Virus record (IMG/VR): IMGVR_UViG_3300026505_000002
Span: 4,055-68,054 of that record
Origin: a virus
Taxonomy: Duplodnaviria > Caudoviricetes
Strand: one strand, 5' to 3'
DNA: 64,000 nt
Numbering within the stretch: the first letter of the stretch is position 1; each line of letters begins with the position of its first letter. Below the pieces are notes generated by a model. The model saw only the letters and a program-made list of their open reading frames with translations, was not told the origin of the DNA and made no database searches. The position numbers and the translations under genes are program-made. Shown one piece after another: positions 28,316 through 39,462 of this stretch.

Positions 28316-29542
28316 ATGACTAAGACATCCGCTACAATTCCAATAACAGAAAACGACGCGCAATATTATGCAGGGCAATATGGACCTATACAAAATACTT
28401 CTGGTGCAAATAAAATGGTTTGGAGTTTTCCAGATTTAAATACTGTATTAATTAGTAATTATGATGTCTTTGGTACTCAAGTTAGAGACACGGGTAATTT
28501 TACTTTGCATTTACTAGCTACATCGACTACTATACCTAGTGCAACTAATCAAATACCTGTTGAAAATATAATAGTCACAAATACTACAAACAACACAATT
28601 GAATTAAAGAATATTCAAGCGTCAGCTGTGCCTAATGGTCAGTTTATATTTTTACAATTAACTGACATAGCTAGAGGAGATAACTGGGGTAGTTACAGTT
28701 ATTTAACTTTAAACGAAGTAATAGATAATTTTTTAAACATATATGTTGGTGATGATCAAATGATAAAAAGCTTGCAAAGAAAACAAGTTTTATTTCACGC
28801 AAGAAGAGCAATGCAAGAATTATCTTATGACACTTTAAAAGCTTATAAATCTCAAGAGCTAACTGTTCCTACGGGATTAAGTGTACCAATACCTAAAGAT
28901 TATGTTAACTATACTAGAGTAGCTTGGGCAGATACTTCAGGTGTTCTTCATACTATATATCCATTAAACGGCCTTAGTGGTAATCCCTACGAACTTCCTA
29001 TAACTGACGGAGCTACAGGTATACCATCACAAAGTAGCTACGATACCAACTTAGAAGCTTCTCAATCTTTAATAGAAGATAAGTGGAAAAAAGCTAATCA
29101 AGATGATATAGTTGGAAATTACGATGCTTACAGTGCTGCAGGTGTTTTTGATTATGTATGGTGGAAACAAGCATACGGACAGAGATATGGCTTAGATGCT
29201 GAGGTATCACAAACAAATGGTTGGTTTAGTATAAACGAAAGAACAGGTAAGTTTAGTTTTAGTAGCAATTTAGTAAATAAAGTAATACAATTAAGTTATA
29301 TCTCTGACGGTCTTTCCTATACACTTAACTCTATAGTGCCTAAGATGGTAGAAGAAGCTTTATATGCTCAGATATTAAACAGAGTATGTATGACTAGAAG
29401 AGATATTGATGGTGCTACTAAAGGATTTTTTAAGAGAGACTCTTATGTTAAAACAAGAAACGCAAAGTTAAGAATACAAAACTTAAAGCTTGACGAGATA
29501 GTTCAGACTTTTAGAGGACAATCAAAGTGGCTTAAACACTAA
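28316..29542 (+). CDS. putative tail ring/connector protein
   Basis: position; VPIPKDYVNYTRVAW, KMVEEALYAQI. Confidence 0.5.
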   Translation: MTKTSATIPITENDAQYYAGQYGPIQNTSGANKMVWSFPDLNTVLISNYDVFGTQVRDTGNFTLHLLATSTTIPSATNQIPVENIIVTNTTNNTIELKNIQASAVPNGQFIFLQLTDIARGDNWGSYSYLTLNEVIDNFLNIYVGDDQMIKSLQRKQVLFHARRAMQELSYDTLKAYKSQELTVPTGLSVPIPKDYVNYTRVAWADTSGVLHTIYPLNGLSGNPYELPITDGATGIPSQSSYDTNLEASQSLIEDKWKKANQDDIVGNYDAYSAAGVFDYVWWKQAYGQRYGLDAEVSQTNGWFSINERTGKFSFSSNLVNKVIQLSYISDGLSYTLNSIVPKMVEEALYAQILNRVCMTRRDIDGATKGFFKRDSYVKTRNAKLRIQNLKLDEIVQTFRGQSKWLKH

Positions 29543-29546
29543 TTAA

Positions 29547-32500
29547 ATGCAAAAAAAGTTTCAACACACATTTACTAAGTCTAAGATGAATAAAGACTTA
29601 GACGCTAGACTATTGGGCGCTGACGAGTACAGAGACGGTAAAAATATTGCCGTATCAAGATCTGAATCAGATGATGTTGGTGCTTTAGAAAATATATTAG
29701 GCAACGAAGTATTAAGTAGTATAGGTATTAATTTAATACCTGTAGAAAATAATAAACCATCAGTACCTCCACTTAATAGAAGTAATATAGCTAGTTACGA
29801 TAATTATACTTCAAGATGTATCGGCTGGCACATAAATGAAAAAACAAATAAAGTTTATTTATTTGTTACTAATTGGCAAGATAGTTCTGATGATCAAATA
29901 TCAAACTTTCAACCTATAACTTCTGATTTTCCTCCAAACAGATACGACCAAAGTAGAATAATAATGGTTGATACTGTTACTAAAAATACTATAATAATAG
30001 TAAGAGGTAGGTTTTTAAATTTCTCAATTAATAGCCCTATACTAGACACGGTAATGATAGAAGATTTATTATTTTGGACTGATGATAGAAATCAACCTAG
30101 AGTAATAAATGTAGTTACAGCTGAAAACAATAATACATATTATACACACGAAGATCATGTTTCTGTAGTAAAATATTATCCTTATAAGCCAATGGAGCTT
30201 AGTGAAACTTTCAGTATAAAAACAACTATTATAAGTGCAACTCAAGCTAGAACTTTAGGTGATGTACAATTTAACGCTCTGTATAGTCCAATATTAATAC
30301 AAGCTAGCTCGTTGACTGAGTCTCAAAAAGATATTTTAAGAAACAACATTGGTTTAGATGCCTGGATGATAGCAACAAGTGGCTCGTATCCTGGTGATGT
30401 TATTAGTTTTAAAGTAGCATATGTTTATGAAACTCCAACAACCGGAAGCTATACTTTTCCAGGAGATTTTTCAGGCTGCTTAATGATATTTCCAGACAGA
30501 GACTTAAGTGCTTTTACTACTATCACTACAAGTTCATATATAGCACCTAGCGTTGTTGTAGGTTTCAATTGTCCTACATCTAAAAACGTATCTTCTCCAT
30601 GGTTAAAAGAGGGCCAAACTAAACTTACTGTACACGCTGCTGCTACTACATCAGGTAATGTTTACTATACAGATACTACAGCAAATAATTATGGATATGC
30701 AAGATCTATATTTGAATATGGTAGTAGATCTCCTTATAATTATCTTTACAACCCTGCAACCACAAACACTGGTTCAAATTTCCCAGCACGTATGATACCA
30801 GGAAAACTAACTAAAAATACTGGAGATGCTGCTAATCTTTACTGTAGAGTTACACATCCAAGGTTAGATCCAAATAAGTATTATATAATACATATGGCTG
30901 GTAATCCTCAACCAAATACTACTGGTAGATATTTTTTAATAGCCGAGTTAACATCGCTTGAAAACGGAACTATAAGTCCTATTACTAATGCTTCTGACGT
31001 TGTACAGCCAGACGATGTTCTTACTATACATTGGCCTAACAAGTATTATAATGCTGAATTTATAGGTGATAGCGCTTTTTTAGAAGACAAATTTGTAAGA
31101 TTTGCGTATAGGTTTAGATATGATGATGGACAGCATTCTTTAATATCTCCATTTACTCAAGAAGTTTTTATACCTAAACAAGGTGGATATTTCACAAAAG
31201 AAGTAGATAGTGAAAAATCAAAAGAAGGTCCAAACAACTACATAGATCAAGTAGCTAAAGCTGGTCAAACTACGATCAACAATGAGATAATGGAAAATGA
31301 CGTTACTCAAGTTAGCTTAAGAATACCTTGTGAGTATCCTATTAATACGTTAGTAGATAATCTAAAAGTATCTGAAGTAGAAATACTCTATAAAGAGTCT
31401 ATGTCTAGCAATATAAACATAGTAGAAAAGATTAAAGTTAGTGAGGCTTCAATAGCGGATAATAGCACTAACTTCTTGACTTACACATACGAGTCAAAAG
31501 AACCTATAAAAACTTTAAGGTCACAAGAAACTACTAGGGTTTATGATAATGCGCCAGTTAGAGCTAAGACTTTATCTTCTTCTGGTAATAGATTAATATT
31601 AGGCAATTTCTATGATAGACATAGTTCTCCTGGAACTTTAAATTATTATGTTGGAGCTGGTTCAAAGCTAAAGCCAAGCGAAGCTCCAGTTACACTTTTC
31701 AATGCTAAAGACGATTCTAGTTTAAAACCTAAAGCTTTTAATAAGAATAGCTACGTAGCATATCCTAACCACAGTTTAAAACAAAATAGAACTTATCAAG
31801 TTGGTTTGATATTGCAAGATAGATACGGAAGGTCTTCAGATGTAATAATATCTAATATAGAAGAAGATAGTTTTCAAATAAATGGCGCTTCAGTTTCTTC
31901 AGGAGCAGGCGCTCCTTATAAGACTCAACCCGCTACATACGGTGGATCTACTGTTTTTCACCCATACAAAGATTCTGTTTTATTACCAGCGCAAGCCGCT
32001 AGCGTACCTGAAACTAGAACTGGTATAATAGATTGGCCTGGTGATTCATTAAAACTTTTATTTACACAAACTATACCTACTTCATTACCGTTAGTGCAAG
32101 GTTATCCAGGCTTATATGATGATCCTTTTGTAACTACAGTATCTGCTAATATAAGTGCTAATAGCCAATACTATTGTATAGTCCCTACAGGCGGATTAAA
32201 CGATAACCTACAACCTGGTATGAAAGTTCAATACACTTTTGCAGACGACTCTCCTGAGTTTCCAGGTAAATCTTTTACTTATTATATATATAGAGTTTTA
32301 AATGGTGCTCCATCTCAAGGAAACTTAATAAGCTTAATGGACATAAAAGGAAAAGGTCCTTTATCAACTGAGCTGCCTGGTTATAGAACTCAAAATAGAG
32401 GAATAAAAATAACTTTTAGCTTTTTCAGTAATCCACTAGGTTGGAACTCGTATAAAGTTGTTGTAAAACAACTACAGCAAGATTATTATAATGTGTACAT

Positions 32501-34460
32501 GCCTAGCTTATTAGATGGCACACCTGTCATTAAACCTTTTAAATTAAACTGCACGTTTGAAAAAGACAGTAACAAAGTTACAGTAGATCCTATAGGTGAT
32601 ATAGAATATTTAACTTTTCCTTTATTAGAAGGTATGAAAGTTCAAGCAGGTACTAATACTTATTATATAAACAATATATTAAATTACAAAGAGTTTGAAA
32701 TAACAGCACCGGCTGTTGCAGATTTTACTGCTCAACCTGCTCCTCTAAAAACTTTAAGCTTTGGTTATTTTCAACCGGTGCAAGCTGATATGACTGCTGG
32801 TACTTCTATAACAGGTATTGCTGTACAAAATAATGCTACAGATGGTGGTAACGGTAGTGGCGCTATAGTAACAGCACAAGTTACAACCGTTTCAGGAACA
32901 AAAGAACTAAAGATTACATTAACATCTAATGGTGTTAATTATAAAAATGGAGATAAGTTATTTATACCAGCTAATGTTGCAAGCACTGGATCTAGTGGTT
33001 ATCCTCAAATAGATTTTATATTAACATCTGGCAATATAGAAAATAGACAAACAAACTTTAGTACTCAATCAAGTGATGGAGTTTTAAACACTTCTACGTT
33101 GTTAACTGACAATGCTAATAAAGTTCCACCTGCTTTAAATGAAGCCTCACCAGTTCAAGTAAACTATTCTACTAGTGATAGTATGTTAATACCTAGAACT
33201 GCTAGACAAACTGATTGGACAGCTACGGCCAATAGTCCTTTTTATACTACTAACGATCATACAATGCCTATATTTCCTGGCACACGTTTTTCAAAAGTAC
33301 AGACTATAGGTAATTTTGAAAACTTGTTTAAGAGAGGTAGTTACAATGGTTTATATGCCGCAGATACAGATCCGCCAACAGCGATAATAGATAACAACTT
33401 TAAACTAGGAGAAGATTCAGAAACTGCTAAACCAACTTCTGAGAAAACTGCTGTACCAGCTATTTATGAAACTTCACCTACTATTTCTAACTTAGAAATA
33501 TACTATGAAACTAGTACAGCTGGATCAATAAGAGAGCTAAATCAATTTATAAGAGAAACAATTAGTGTTCCTACTTACGCTAATGTGTACGGTGATACTA
33601 CAGCTATACAAAGAGTTATAGTAGCTGAAAGCATTGATTATACTTCTGACCCTACAGTTGCTACCGTACAATTAAGAGATCAAAACGGTAATTTATTAAA
33701 ATACTATGATACTAATAGTTCATTAATTAATATTAAAAATATAAGTATATCAGAGCCTGTATATTCTGATGGAACTACAGTTGCTGGAGGAGGTATATCT
33801 TTCGTAAAGAATTCAAGCACAGACACTGATAATAGGTTTTTAATAAAATTATCAGAAACTTTTCCAGGTTATAACAGCCAGTACGATAATGTTAATAATA
33901 TATTGTTTAATGTAAATTTAGAATATAAAGTGTTAAACTCTACTAAAGGAATTAATAAAGACGTATACAATACATATTCTATACCTTTTAAATTATTCAT
34001 AGATAACGTAGCACCACAAATAAATGGAGCTAGCGTAAGTGGCAGTGTTTATTATTTGAAAAATAATACTAATGAAGTAGATCCTACTGCATACGAGTCT
34101 AATGGTACTGTTGTGAAAACATGGACAAACACCAACGGAGACAGCACAACTTTAAGCGCAGCTACTAATGGTGGCAATGTAAATAATACTTTTCAAGATG
34201 CTAATGCTAGTGAGCTTAAGTATAGATTATTAATAAAGTTTGATGGAGCAGCAGATTATGTAGAAGCCAACACTGTTGATCAATCAGGTCTTTATTTAGA
34301 TAACCAAGGTCTTTTACCAGGCGAAGTATTACTAGGGGTTACTGGAAGAAGTATAATAGTAGATAGCAATATAGACGTTAGGATTGATGCTACAGATAAC
34401 AACGGCTTTGGTATTACAAAAGTTATATCAGCTTTTACAATAAGATTTTTACCAACGTAA
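29547..34460 (+). CDS. large tail protein (nozzle/hub-like)
   Basis: 1637 aa; MNKDLDARLL..EYRDGKNI N-terminus typical of podoviral tail tube B/stabilisation proteins; beta-rich. Confidence 0.6.
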   Translation: MQKKFQHTFTKSKMNKDLDARLLGADEYRDGKNIAVSRSESDDVGALENILGNEVLSSIGINLIPVENNKPSVPPLNRSNIASYDNYTSRCIGWHINEKTNKVYLFVTNWQDSSDDQISNFQPITSDFPPNRYDQSRIIMVDTVTKNTIIIVRGRFLNFSINSPILDTVMIEDLLFWTDDRNQPRVINVVTAENNNTYYTHEDHVSVVKYYPYKPMELSETFSIKTTIISATQARTLGDVQFNALYSPILIQASSLTESQKDILRNNIGLDAWMIATSGSYPGDVISFKVAYVYETPTTGSYTFPGDFSGCLMIFPDRDLSAFTTITTSSYIAPSVVVGFNCPTSKNVSSPWLKEGQTKLTVHAAATTSGNVYYTDTTANNYGYARSIFEYGSRSPYNYLYNPATTNTGSNFPARMIPGKLTKNTGDAANLYCRVTHPRLDPNKYYIIHMAGNPQPNTTGRYFLIAELTSLENGTISPITNASDVVQPDDVLTIHWPNKYYNAEFIGDSAFLEDKFVRFAYRFRYDDGQHSLISPFTQEVFIPKQGGYFTKEVDSEKSKEGPNNYIDQVAKAGQTTINNEIMENDVTQVSLRIPCEYPINTLVDNLKVSEVEILYKESMSSNINIVEKIKVSEASIADNSTNFLTYTYESKEPIKTLRSQETTRVYDNAPVRAKTLSSSGNRLILGNFYDRHSSPGTLNYYVGAGSKLKPSEAPVTLFNAKDDSSLKPKAFNKNSYVAYPNHSLKQNRTYQVGLILQDRYGRSSDVIISNIEEDSFQINGASVSSGAGAPYKTQPATYGGSTVFHPYKDSVLLPAQAASVPETRTGIIDWPGDSLKLLFTQTIPTSLPLVQGYPGLYDDPFVTTVSANISANSQYYCIVPTGGLNDNLQPGMKVQYTFADDSPEFPGKSFTYYIYRVLNGAPSQGNLISLMDIKGKGPLSTELPGYRTQNRGIKITFSFFSNPLGWNSYKVVVKQLQQDYYNVYMPSLLDGTPVIKPFKLNCTFEKDSNKVTVDPIGDIEYLTFPLLEGMKVQAGTNTYYINNILNYKEFEITAPAVADFTAQPAPLKTLSFGYFQPVQADMTAGTSITGIAVQNNATDGGNGSGAIVTAQVTTVSGTKELKITLTSNGVNYKNGDKLFIPANVASTGSSGYPQIDFILTSGNIENRQTNFSTQSSDGVLNTSTLLTDNANKVPPALNEASPVQVNYSTSDSMLIPRTARQTDWTATANSPFYTTNDHTMPIFPGTRFSKVQTIGNFENLFKRGSYNGLYAADTDPPTAIIDNNFKLGEDSETAKPTSEKTAVPAIYETSPTISNLEIYYETSTAGSIRELNQFIRETISVPTYANVYGDTTAIQRVIVAESIDYTSDPTVATVQLRDQNGNLLKYYDTNSSLINIKNISISEPVYSDGTTVAGGGISFVKNSSTDTDNRFLIKLSETFPGYNSQYDNVNNILFNVNLEYKVLNSTKGINKDVYNTYSIPFKLFIDNVAPQINGASVSGSVYYLKNNTNEVDPTAYESNGTVVKTWTNTNGDSTTLSAATNGGNVNNTFQDANASELKYRLLIKFDGAADYVEANTVDQSGLYLDNQGLLPGEVLLGVTGRSIIVDSNIDVRIDATDNNGFGITKVISAFTIRFLPT

Positions 34461-34489
34461 AACACATTAAAAAACAAGTGATTATAATA
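34457..34489 (+). promoter_or_regulatory. class II promoter motif
   Basis: GTAAA-N16-GTGATTATAATA ending at the ATG (near-leaderless). Confidence 0.55.
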
Positions 34490-36417
34490 TGAGTGCAGTA
34501 AATTTACCTATAATAGAAGTAGACTACTACAATTGCATGTGGAATAAAAGAATTTTAACTCCACAAGGTTCGATGCAGACTGGAAATGCTACTGTGCCTG
34601 GCAGTACCGGTGTTGCTGCTCGTTATGGTACTTGGCCAATGAATAATGTTTACGCTAATCCAATGAGCACTACATATACAGCTGCTTTAATACCTCCTTT
34701 TAATGGTTCTAATATTAACGCATCTAGAGTAAAAGAGAACTTCTATATAGAAGAGATGTATCTTAGAGGCGGTTTTAACGACGCTTCTATGTCATACGGT
34801 GTTAGAGCTTACTTAGATGAAGAAGAACCATTACAGCAGCATAGATTTAATGCTTTAATATATTCAGGTATATATAATTCTAGAACTGGTATTAATAGAA
34901 CTAACGAATATGCTGTTGGAACTAATATAACTAAAGCTGCTAATCCTCAATATGGATCTATACAAAAGATATATGCTGAGGAAAACAACTTAATAGTACT
35001 ACAAGAAAATAAATGTAGTAGAGCTTTAATAGATAAGTCTGCTATATACAATGCTGAGGGTGGAGGTAATGTTACTACAACAAATCAAGTTATAGGTGAA
35101 ATAGTTCCTTATACAGGTGAGTACGGCATAAGTAAAAATCCAGAATCTTTTGCTATATATGCTTTTAGAAAATATTTTGTAGATAGAAATAGAAATGCGG
35201 TGCTAAGATTATCACATGACGGCATAACTGAAATATCAGAATATGGTATGCGTGATTATTTTAGAGACTCATTTGCAGAACTAACAGACGAGTTTGAGTT
35301 TACACAAACCACTATACCTGGTATAGGTACTACTAACCCTGCTAATTATAGTCAAAATTTATTAGGATTCAATAGTACAATTCCTAATACAGGTAACGCT
35401 GGTTATTCTTTTCAATATGGTGTAATGGGTAGTAAAATACTAGTACAATATAATAATACTGGTGATTATGTAGATTTAAACATTTTCTTTCAAGGGATAC
35501 AGTATTTATCAGGTAATAACTTTATAGTTTTAAATAGAACAATAACACCTGGCGAGCAGAACAATATAACAAGTATCAAGCTTGTAACTTTTAATAGAAG
35601 TAGAGTTTATGGTGGTTGGGATGCATACAATAAGCAATATGTAGTTTCTATACAACCTAACGAGTCTTTTACTTACACTCAGTCAACTACATTAGCCAGT
35701 CAAACTATACCTAAAAGATCTGTAAAATATGCTACATTAGGTTTTGACGAGCAAGTATCTGGTTGGCCTAGTTTTTATACTTACAAACCCAGTCAAATTG
35801 GTAGTTTAAAAAGCACATTTTATACTGTAAATTCAGATTGGTGGAATGACAATACAACTTTAATAAAACCAGGCATGTATTCACACTACTCAACAGCAGT
35901 GCCTCATAGTCAATTTTATGGTGTAAATAATAGAGCTGAGGTAAGTGTAATAGCTAATTCAATACCTTCACTTCAGAAAAACTTTTTAACTGTAGATTAT
36001 GAAGGAGATAGTGGTTGGCAAGCTAGCATATTAACTTCTGATAGAACAGGGTTTGACGATAAAAGAACTTTAAATGGTACTTGGACTGGTGATTGGGTAA
36101 AAAGTGTAGATTCAGGTGATCTTATATATAGCTACTTAGAAGGATCATATGATTCTGCAGGCAATACAGGATTAAATGCTAATCCTCAAAATCAACCTAT
36201 GGGTCACGCTGGTTTTAATAGAAAAGAAAATAGATATGTTGCTAACATAGTTAACAAGAGTACACCAGCCGCTGGAGAAGTTATATTTGGTGATAAGATG
36301 ACTGGCTTAAAAGGATTTTACATGGATGTAACATTTAGCACAGACGTAACTACAGATCCAGGCGGTATGAAAGAACTTTACTCTATAGGTTTAAACTATA
36401 GCGTATCATCACTTTAA
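34489..36417 (+). CDS. tail protein (propeller/stabilisation-like)
   Basis: GEYGISKNPESFA, DRNRNAVLRLSHDGITEIS, GWPSFYTY. Confidence 0.6.
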   Translation: MSAVNLPIIEVDYYNCMWNKRILTPQGSMQTGNATVPGSTGVAARYGTWPMNNVYANPMSTTYTAALIPPFNGSNINASRVKENFYIEEMYLRGGFNDASMSYGVRAYLDEEEPLQQHRFNALIYSGIYNSRTGINRTNEYAVGTNITKAANPQYGSIQKIYAEENNLIVLQENKCSRALIDKSAIYNAEGGGNVTTTNQVIGEIVPYTGEYGISKNPESFAIYAFRKYFVDRNRNAVLRLSHDGITEISEYGMRDYFRDSFAELTDEFEFTQTTIPGIGTTNPANYSQNLLGFNSTIPNTGNAGYSFQYGVMGSKILVQYNNTGDYVDLNIFFQGIQYLSGNNFIVLNRTITPGEQNNITSIKLVTFNRSRVYGGWDAYNKQYVVSIQPNESFTYTQSTTLASQTIPKRSVKYATLGFDEQVSGWPSFYTYKPSQIGSLKSTFYTVNSDWWNDNTTLIKPGMYSHYSTAVPHSQFYGVNNRAEVSVIANSIPSLQKNFLTVDYEGDSGWQASILTSDRTGFDDKRTLNGTWTGDWVKSVDSGDLIYSYLEGSYDSAGNTGLNANPQNQPMGHAGFNRKENRYVANIVNKSTPAAGEVIFGDKMTGLKGFYMDVTFSTDVTTDPGGMKELYSIGLNYSVSSL

Positions 36418-36418
36418 T

Positions 36419-37009
36419 ATGAAAGAAATAAATAATCAAATCAAAAATAATCCAATAACAAAAGAAGAAGCTAAAAAACAGTTTGTAGAAAAAACAAAAG
36501 AGCTAGGGCTAAAGCACGCTTTTGATTTTGAAGATGCTTGGGAGATAGGTAAAGAACTTCAACGTAAGAAACACTATAGAGCTAAAATGGAAGAGCTAAG
36601 TGAAAAATTACATAGTAATCCTGATTTTATTACAGGTGAAGAAGTTAAAAAGCTTAATCCACTTAAGCACATGTTTGCAGATGGTTGTTATATAAGAGAG
36701 ATATATAACCCAGCTGGTCAAATATTGTTAACTAAAATACACAAGAAAAAACATCCTTTCTTTTTAATGGAAGGTGAGATGCTTGTATTAACAGATAAAG
36801 GTATAGAAACCTTGGTAGCGCCACATTATGGTATAACAGAACCTGGTACTCAAAGAATTATTTATTCTAAAACAGGTTGTAAGTTTGTAACTGTTCATGC
36901 TACTGAAAGTACTAATATAGAAGAAATTGAAAAGGAAGTTATAGCTGATAACTATAAAGATCCTGAAATAACATTAGATCAAATTAACTTAATAAAAGAA
37001 AACATATGA
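36419..37009 (+). CDS. cupin-like domain protein
   Basis: HMFADGCYIREIYNPAG..LTKIHKKKHPFFLMEG. Confidence 0.6.
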   Translation: MKEINNQIKNNPITKEEAKKQFVEKTKELGLKHAFDFEDAWEIGKELQRKKHYRAKMEELSEKLHSNPDFITGEEVKKLNPLKHMFADGCYIREIYNPAGQILLTKIHKKKHPFFLMEGEMLVLTDKGIETLVAPHYGITEPGTQRIIYSKTGCKFVTVHATESTNIEEIEKEVIADNYKDPEITLDQINLIKENI

Positions 37010-37716
37010 GTTTTGTAGTAGGTACAATATTAATTTCAGCTGGAGTAGCAGCGGCCGCAGGTGTAACTGTTAGCAGTATAAACGCTAATCAAGCTAAGAA
37101 AGAAAGGTTTAGACAAGAAGATATAGCATCAACACAAGAACAGATGTTAGCAGATCTTGAAGCTAGCAGACCTGAGTTTAAAAACCCATATGAGAATATG
37201 CAAAATCAATTTAAAGATTTGAATAATCCATACGCTAATCTAACTGTAGCTACAGAAGCTTTTAAAATGGAGGCTGAACAAGCTGATCAAGCTTTAGCAA
37301 ATAGTTTAGACGTAATGATGGAAACAGGTCAAGCTGCTGGTGGTGCAACAGCTTTAGCTCAAGCAGCGTTACAAAGTAAAAGAGGTATAGCAGCTAGTAT
37401 ACAAGCTCAAGAAACTCAAAACAGAAAAATGGCTGCTCAAGGTGAAGCTAACGTAGCCATGGCAAAAGCTCAAGGAGCTCAAAGAGTAGATGAACTTAGA
37501 TCAAGAGGAGATGCTATGGAGCAACAAGACGCTATTGGTTTTCATGAGATGAAAATGGATAGAGCTGCTGGTTTAATGGAAAATGCGCAACAAAACGCCA
37601 AGGACGCGCAAGCAGCTAGAACTGCAGCTATCATGGGTATAGGTGATTCAATTGCTAGCGGAGCTTCAATGGTTGGTAGTGCTGCAGCTGGTGGGGCTGG
37701 AAAGTGGGGAAAGTAA
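37006..37716 (+). CDS. internal virion/ejection protein (N-terminal hydrophobic, Ala/Gln-rich coiled coil); probable -1 frameshift extension to 37814
   Basis: T7 gp14-like composition; G GGA AAG at 37707-37713 immediately before TAA. Confidence 0.6.
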   Translation: MSFVVGTILISAGVAAAAGVTVSSINANQAKKERFRQEDIASTQEQMLADLEASRPEFKNPYENMQNQFKDLNNPYANLTVATEAFKMEAEQADQALANSLDVMMETGQAAGGATALAQAALQSKRGIAASIQAQETQNRKMAAQGEANVAMAKAQGAQRVDELRSRGDAMEQQDAIGFHEMKMDRAAGLMENAQQNAKDAQAARTAAIMGIGDSIASGASMVGSAAAGGAGKWGK

Positions 37717-37824
37717 AAACCGGGAGCGGTGATAATACTTCAGCTGGAAATGATTATGACGATCTAGATTTAGGTAGTTTTGATTCTTCAAACCCAATGT
37801 ACGGTATAGGTTAAAAAAAATATT

Positions 37825-39462
37825 ATGAGTTATAGAAACCCAAAAAGAATAGTAGATAAAAGATTTGATGTAATGCTCAAAGGAGCTAGTCAAATAACTA
37901 ACACCATGATGCAGGGTGTTCAGCAAATGACTAATAATGTTATCAAACAAAAAGAACAAGTTAGAAAGCAACAAGAATTAGTAGATAATGAAATGCAGAG
38001 CATGTATAGCATGGCTAACAAGTTCGGCACTTCAGGAGATCCTTTGTTAGATAATAATTTAGTTAGTTTTTGGAATGGTAAAGTTGATGAATACTTTGAT
38101 GTAAAAAATAGAATGCAATCTGGTGAAATATCTAGACAAGAAGGCAACATGGCTTTATCTAAAATAAAAGGATTAGTTCCTAAGTTTCAAACTATGTTTG
38201 GTTATATAGCTCAAGAAACAGCAAGCTATGGTGAAAATTTAAAAAATAATAATGTATCTTCTACTGGGTCTATGCAGAACAAAGATATGTTAGGTACTTT
38301 TATGCAAGGTGGAGATATTCAAATAGCAGAAAGAGGTGGTAATATATATTTCTTCAAGCCAAATGATGCTGTAAAAGGAGAAGCTGAGTTTTCACTTAGC
38401 GAAGATATGAAGACTGGTAATGCTTCTATGTTAAATGGAGATGAGCTAATAGCTATGGCTAATCAAGGAAAAAGTCTTTTTAATCAAAAAGCAGATATAT
38501 CACAGTTGACAACTACATTAGCTGAAAAAATTAGTAATCCTGATGGACCTAGTCCTTATTTTGAAACTATAAAATTAAGAGCTGGTAGTCAAGATCCTTT
38601 TAATCCAGATAGAACTATAGAAAACATACCGGAAGGTATGGAATATGAATATCAAACAATGATACCTGAGCAAAGAGAACAGCTATTACTTGATATGGAA
38701 AATAGTCCTATGACACAAACTATAATGTCAGATGATAAAAGAATGTTATCTGTTTTTCAAGATGATATTCCTGACAATGCAGAAGCTAGCAATGGTAATG
38801 GCATGTCTATACAAGAAATTTCTGCTAGGTTAATTGAAGACTCTGGCTTAACTGAACAAGAGTGGTTGTCATCAATGGGTTTAACTAGTATGAACGAACT
38901 TGAAAACTCTTCATGGCATGAGGCACCTGCTAACTTATCGCTTGAGCAAAAAACAGCTTTATCAAATACTCAAGATCAAATAGCTAAGAAGTTTATAGCA
39001 CTTAAAGCGTTCAACGACAACATAGATTCTGATGGTATTGGTAAACTATTAACTAAAAACAAAATAATTACTGAGCCTACAGACTCTGAAAGTGCAGGAT
39101 CTGAAGTAGTAGACTTTGATAAAGGTTTTTCTGCTGCTACTATATATAGCCCTAATGATATAAAGACTTACAAAGCTTTAATGAAAGATGAAGAGTTCTT
39201 AGACAAAGAAATAAAAGATATAACAAATAGAGTTGATAGCGGAGAGGAAGTTGATTTTGATGCTGAAAGAAAAAGGCTAGCGCAGTTACAGGGATATGGG
39301 TCAATAGGCGATGATGATAATTATGGCTTCGTATCAACAGCAGGTCAACTTTTAACAGCTATTAGAGAGATTAAAAAGATGGATCAAGAATATCTAGATT
39401 TTAAATCTAAGTATAGTCAATATCAAAACAAATCAAATAATAATAAACCAACTCTATATTAA
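37825..39462 (+). CDS. internal virion/ejection protein
   Basis: position between small and giant ejection-type genes; helical. Confidence 0.5.
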   Translation: MSYRNPKRIVDKRFDVMLKGASQITNTMMQGVQQMTNNVIKQKEQVRKQQELVDNEMQSMYSMANKFGTSGDPLLDNNLVSFWNGKVDEYFDVKNRMQSGEISRQEGNMALSKIKGLVPKFQTMFGYIAQETASYGENLKNNNVSSTGSMQNKDMLGTFMQGGDIQIAERGGNIYFFKPNDAVKGEAEFSLSEDMKTGNASMLNGDELIAMANQGKSLFNQKADISQLTTTLAEKISNPDGPSPYFETIKLRAGSQDPFNPDRTIENIPEGMEYEYQTMIPEQREQLLLDMENSPMTQTIMSDDKRMLSVFQDDIPDNAEASNGNGMSIQEISARLIEDSGLTEQEWLSSMGLTSMNELENSSWHEAPANLSLEQKTALSNTQDQIAKKFIALKAFNDNIDSDGIGKLLTKNKIITEPTDSESAGSEVVDFDKGFSAATIYSPNDIKTYKALMKDEEFLDKEIKDITNRVDSGEEVDFDAERKRLAQLQGYGSIGDDDNYGFVSTAGQLLTAIREIKKMDQEYLDFKSKYSQYQNKSNNNKPTLY

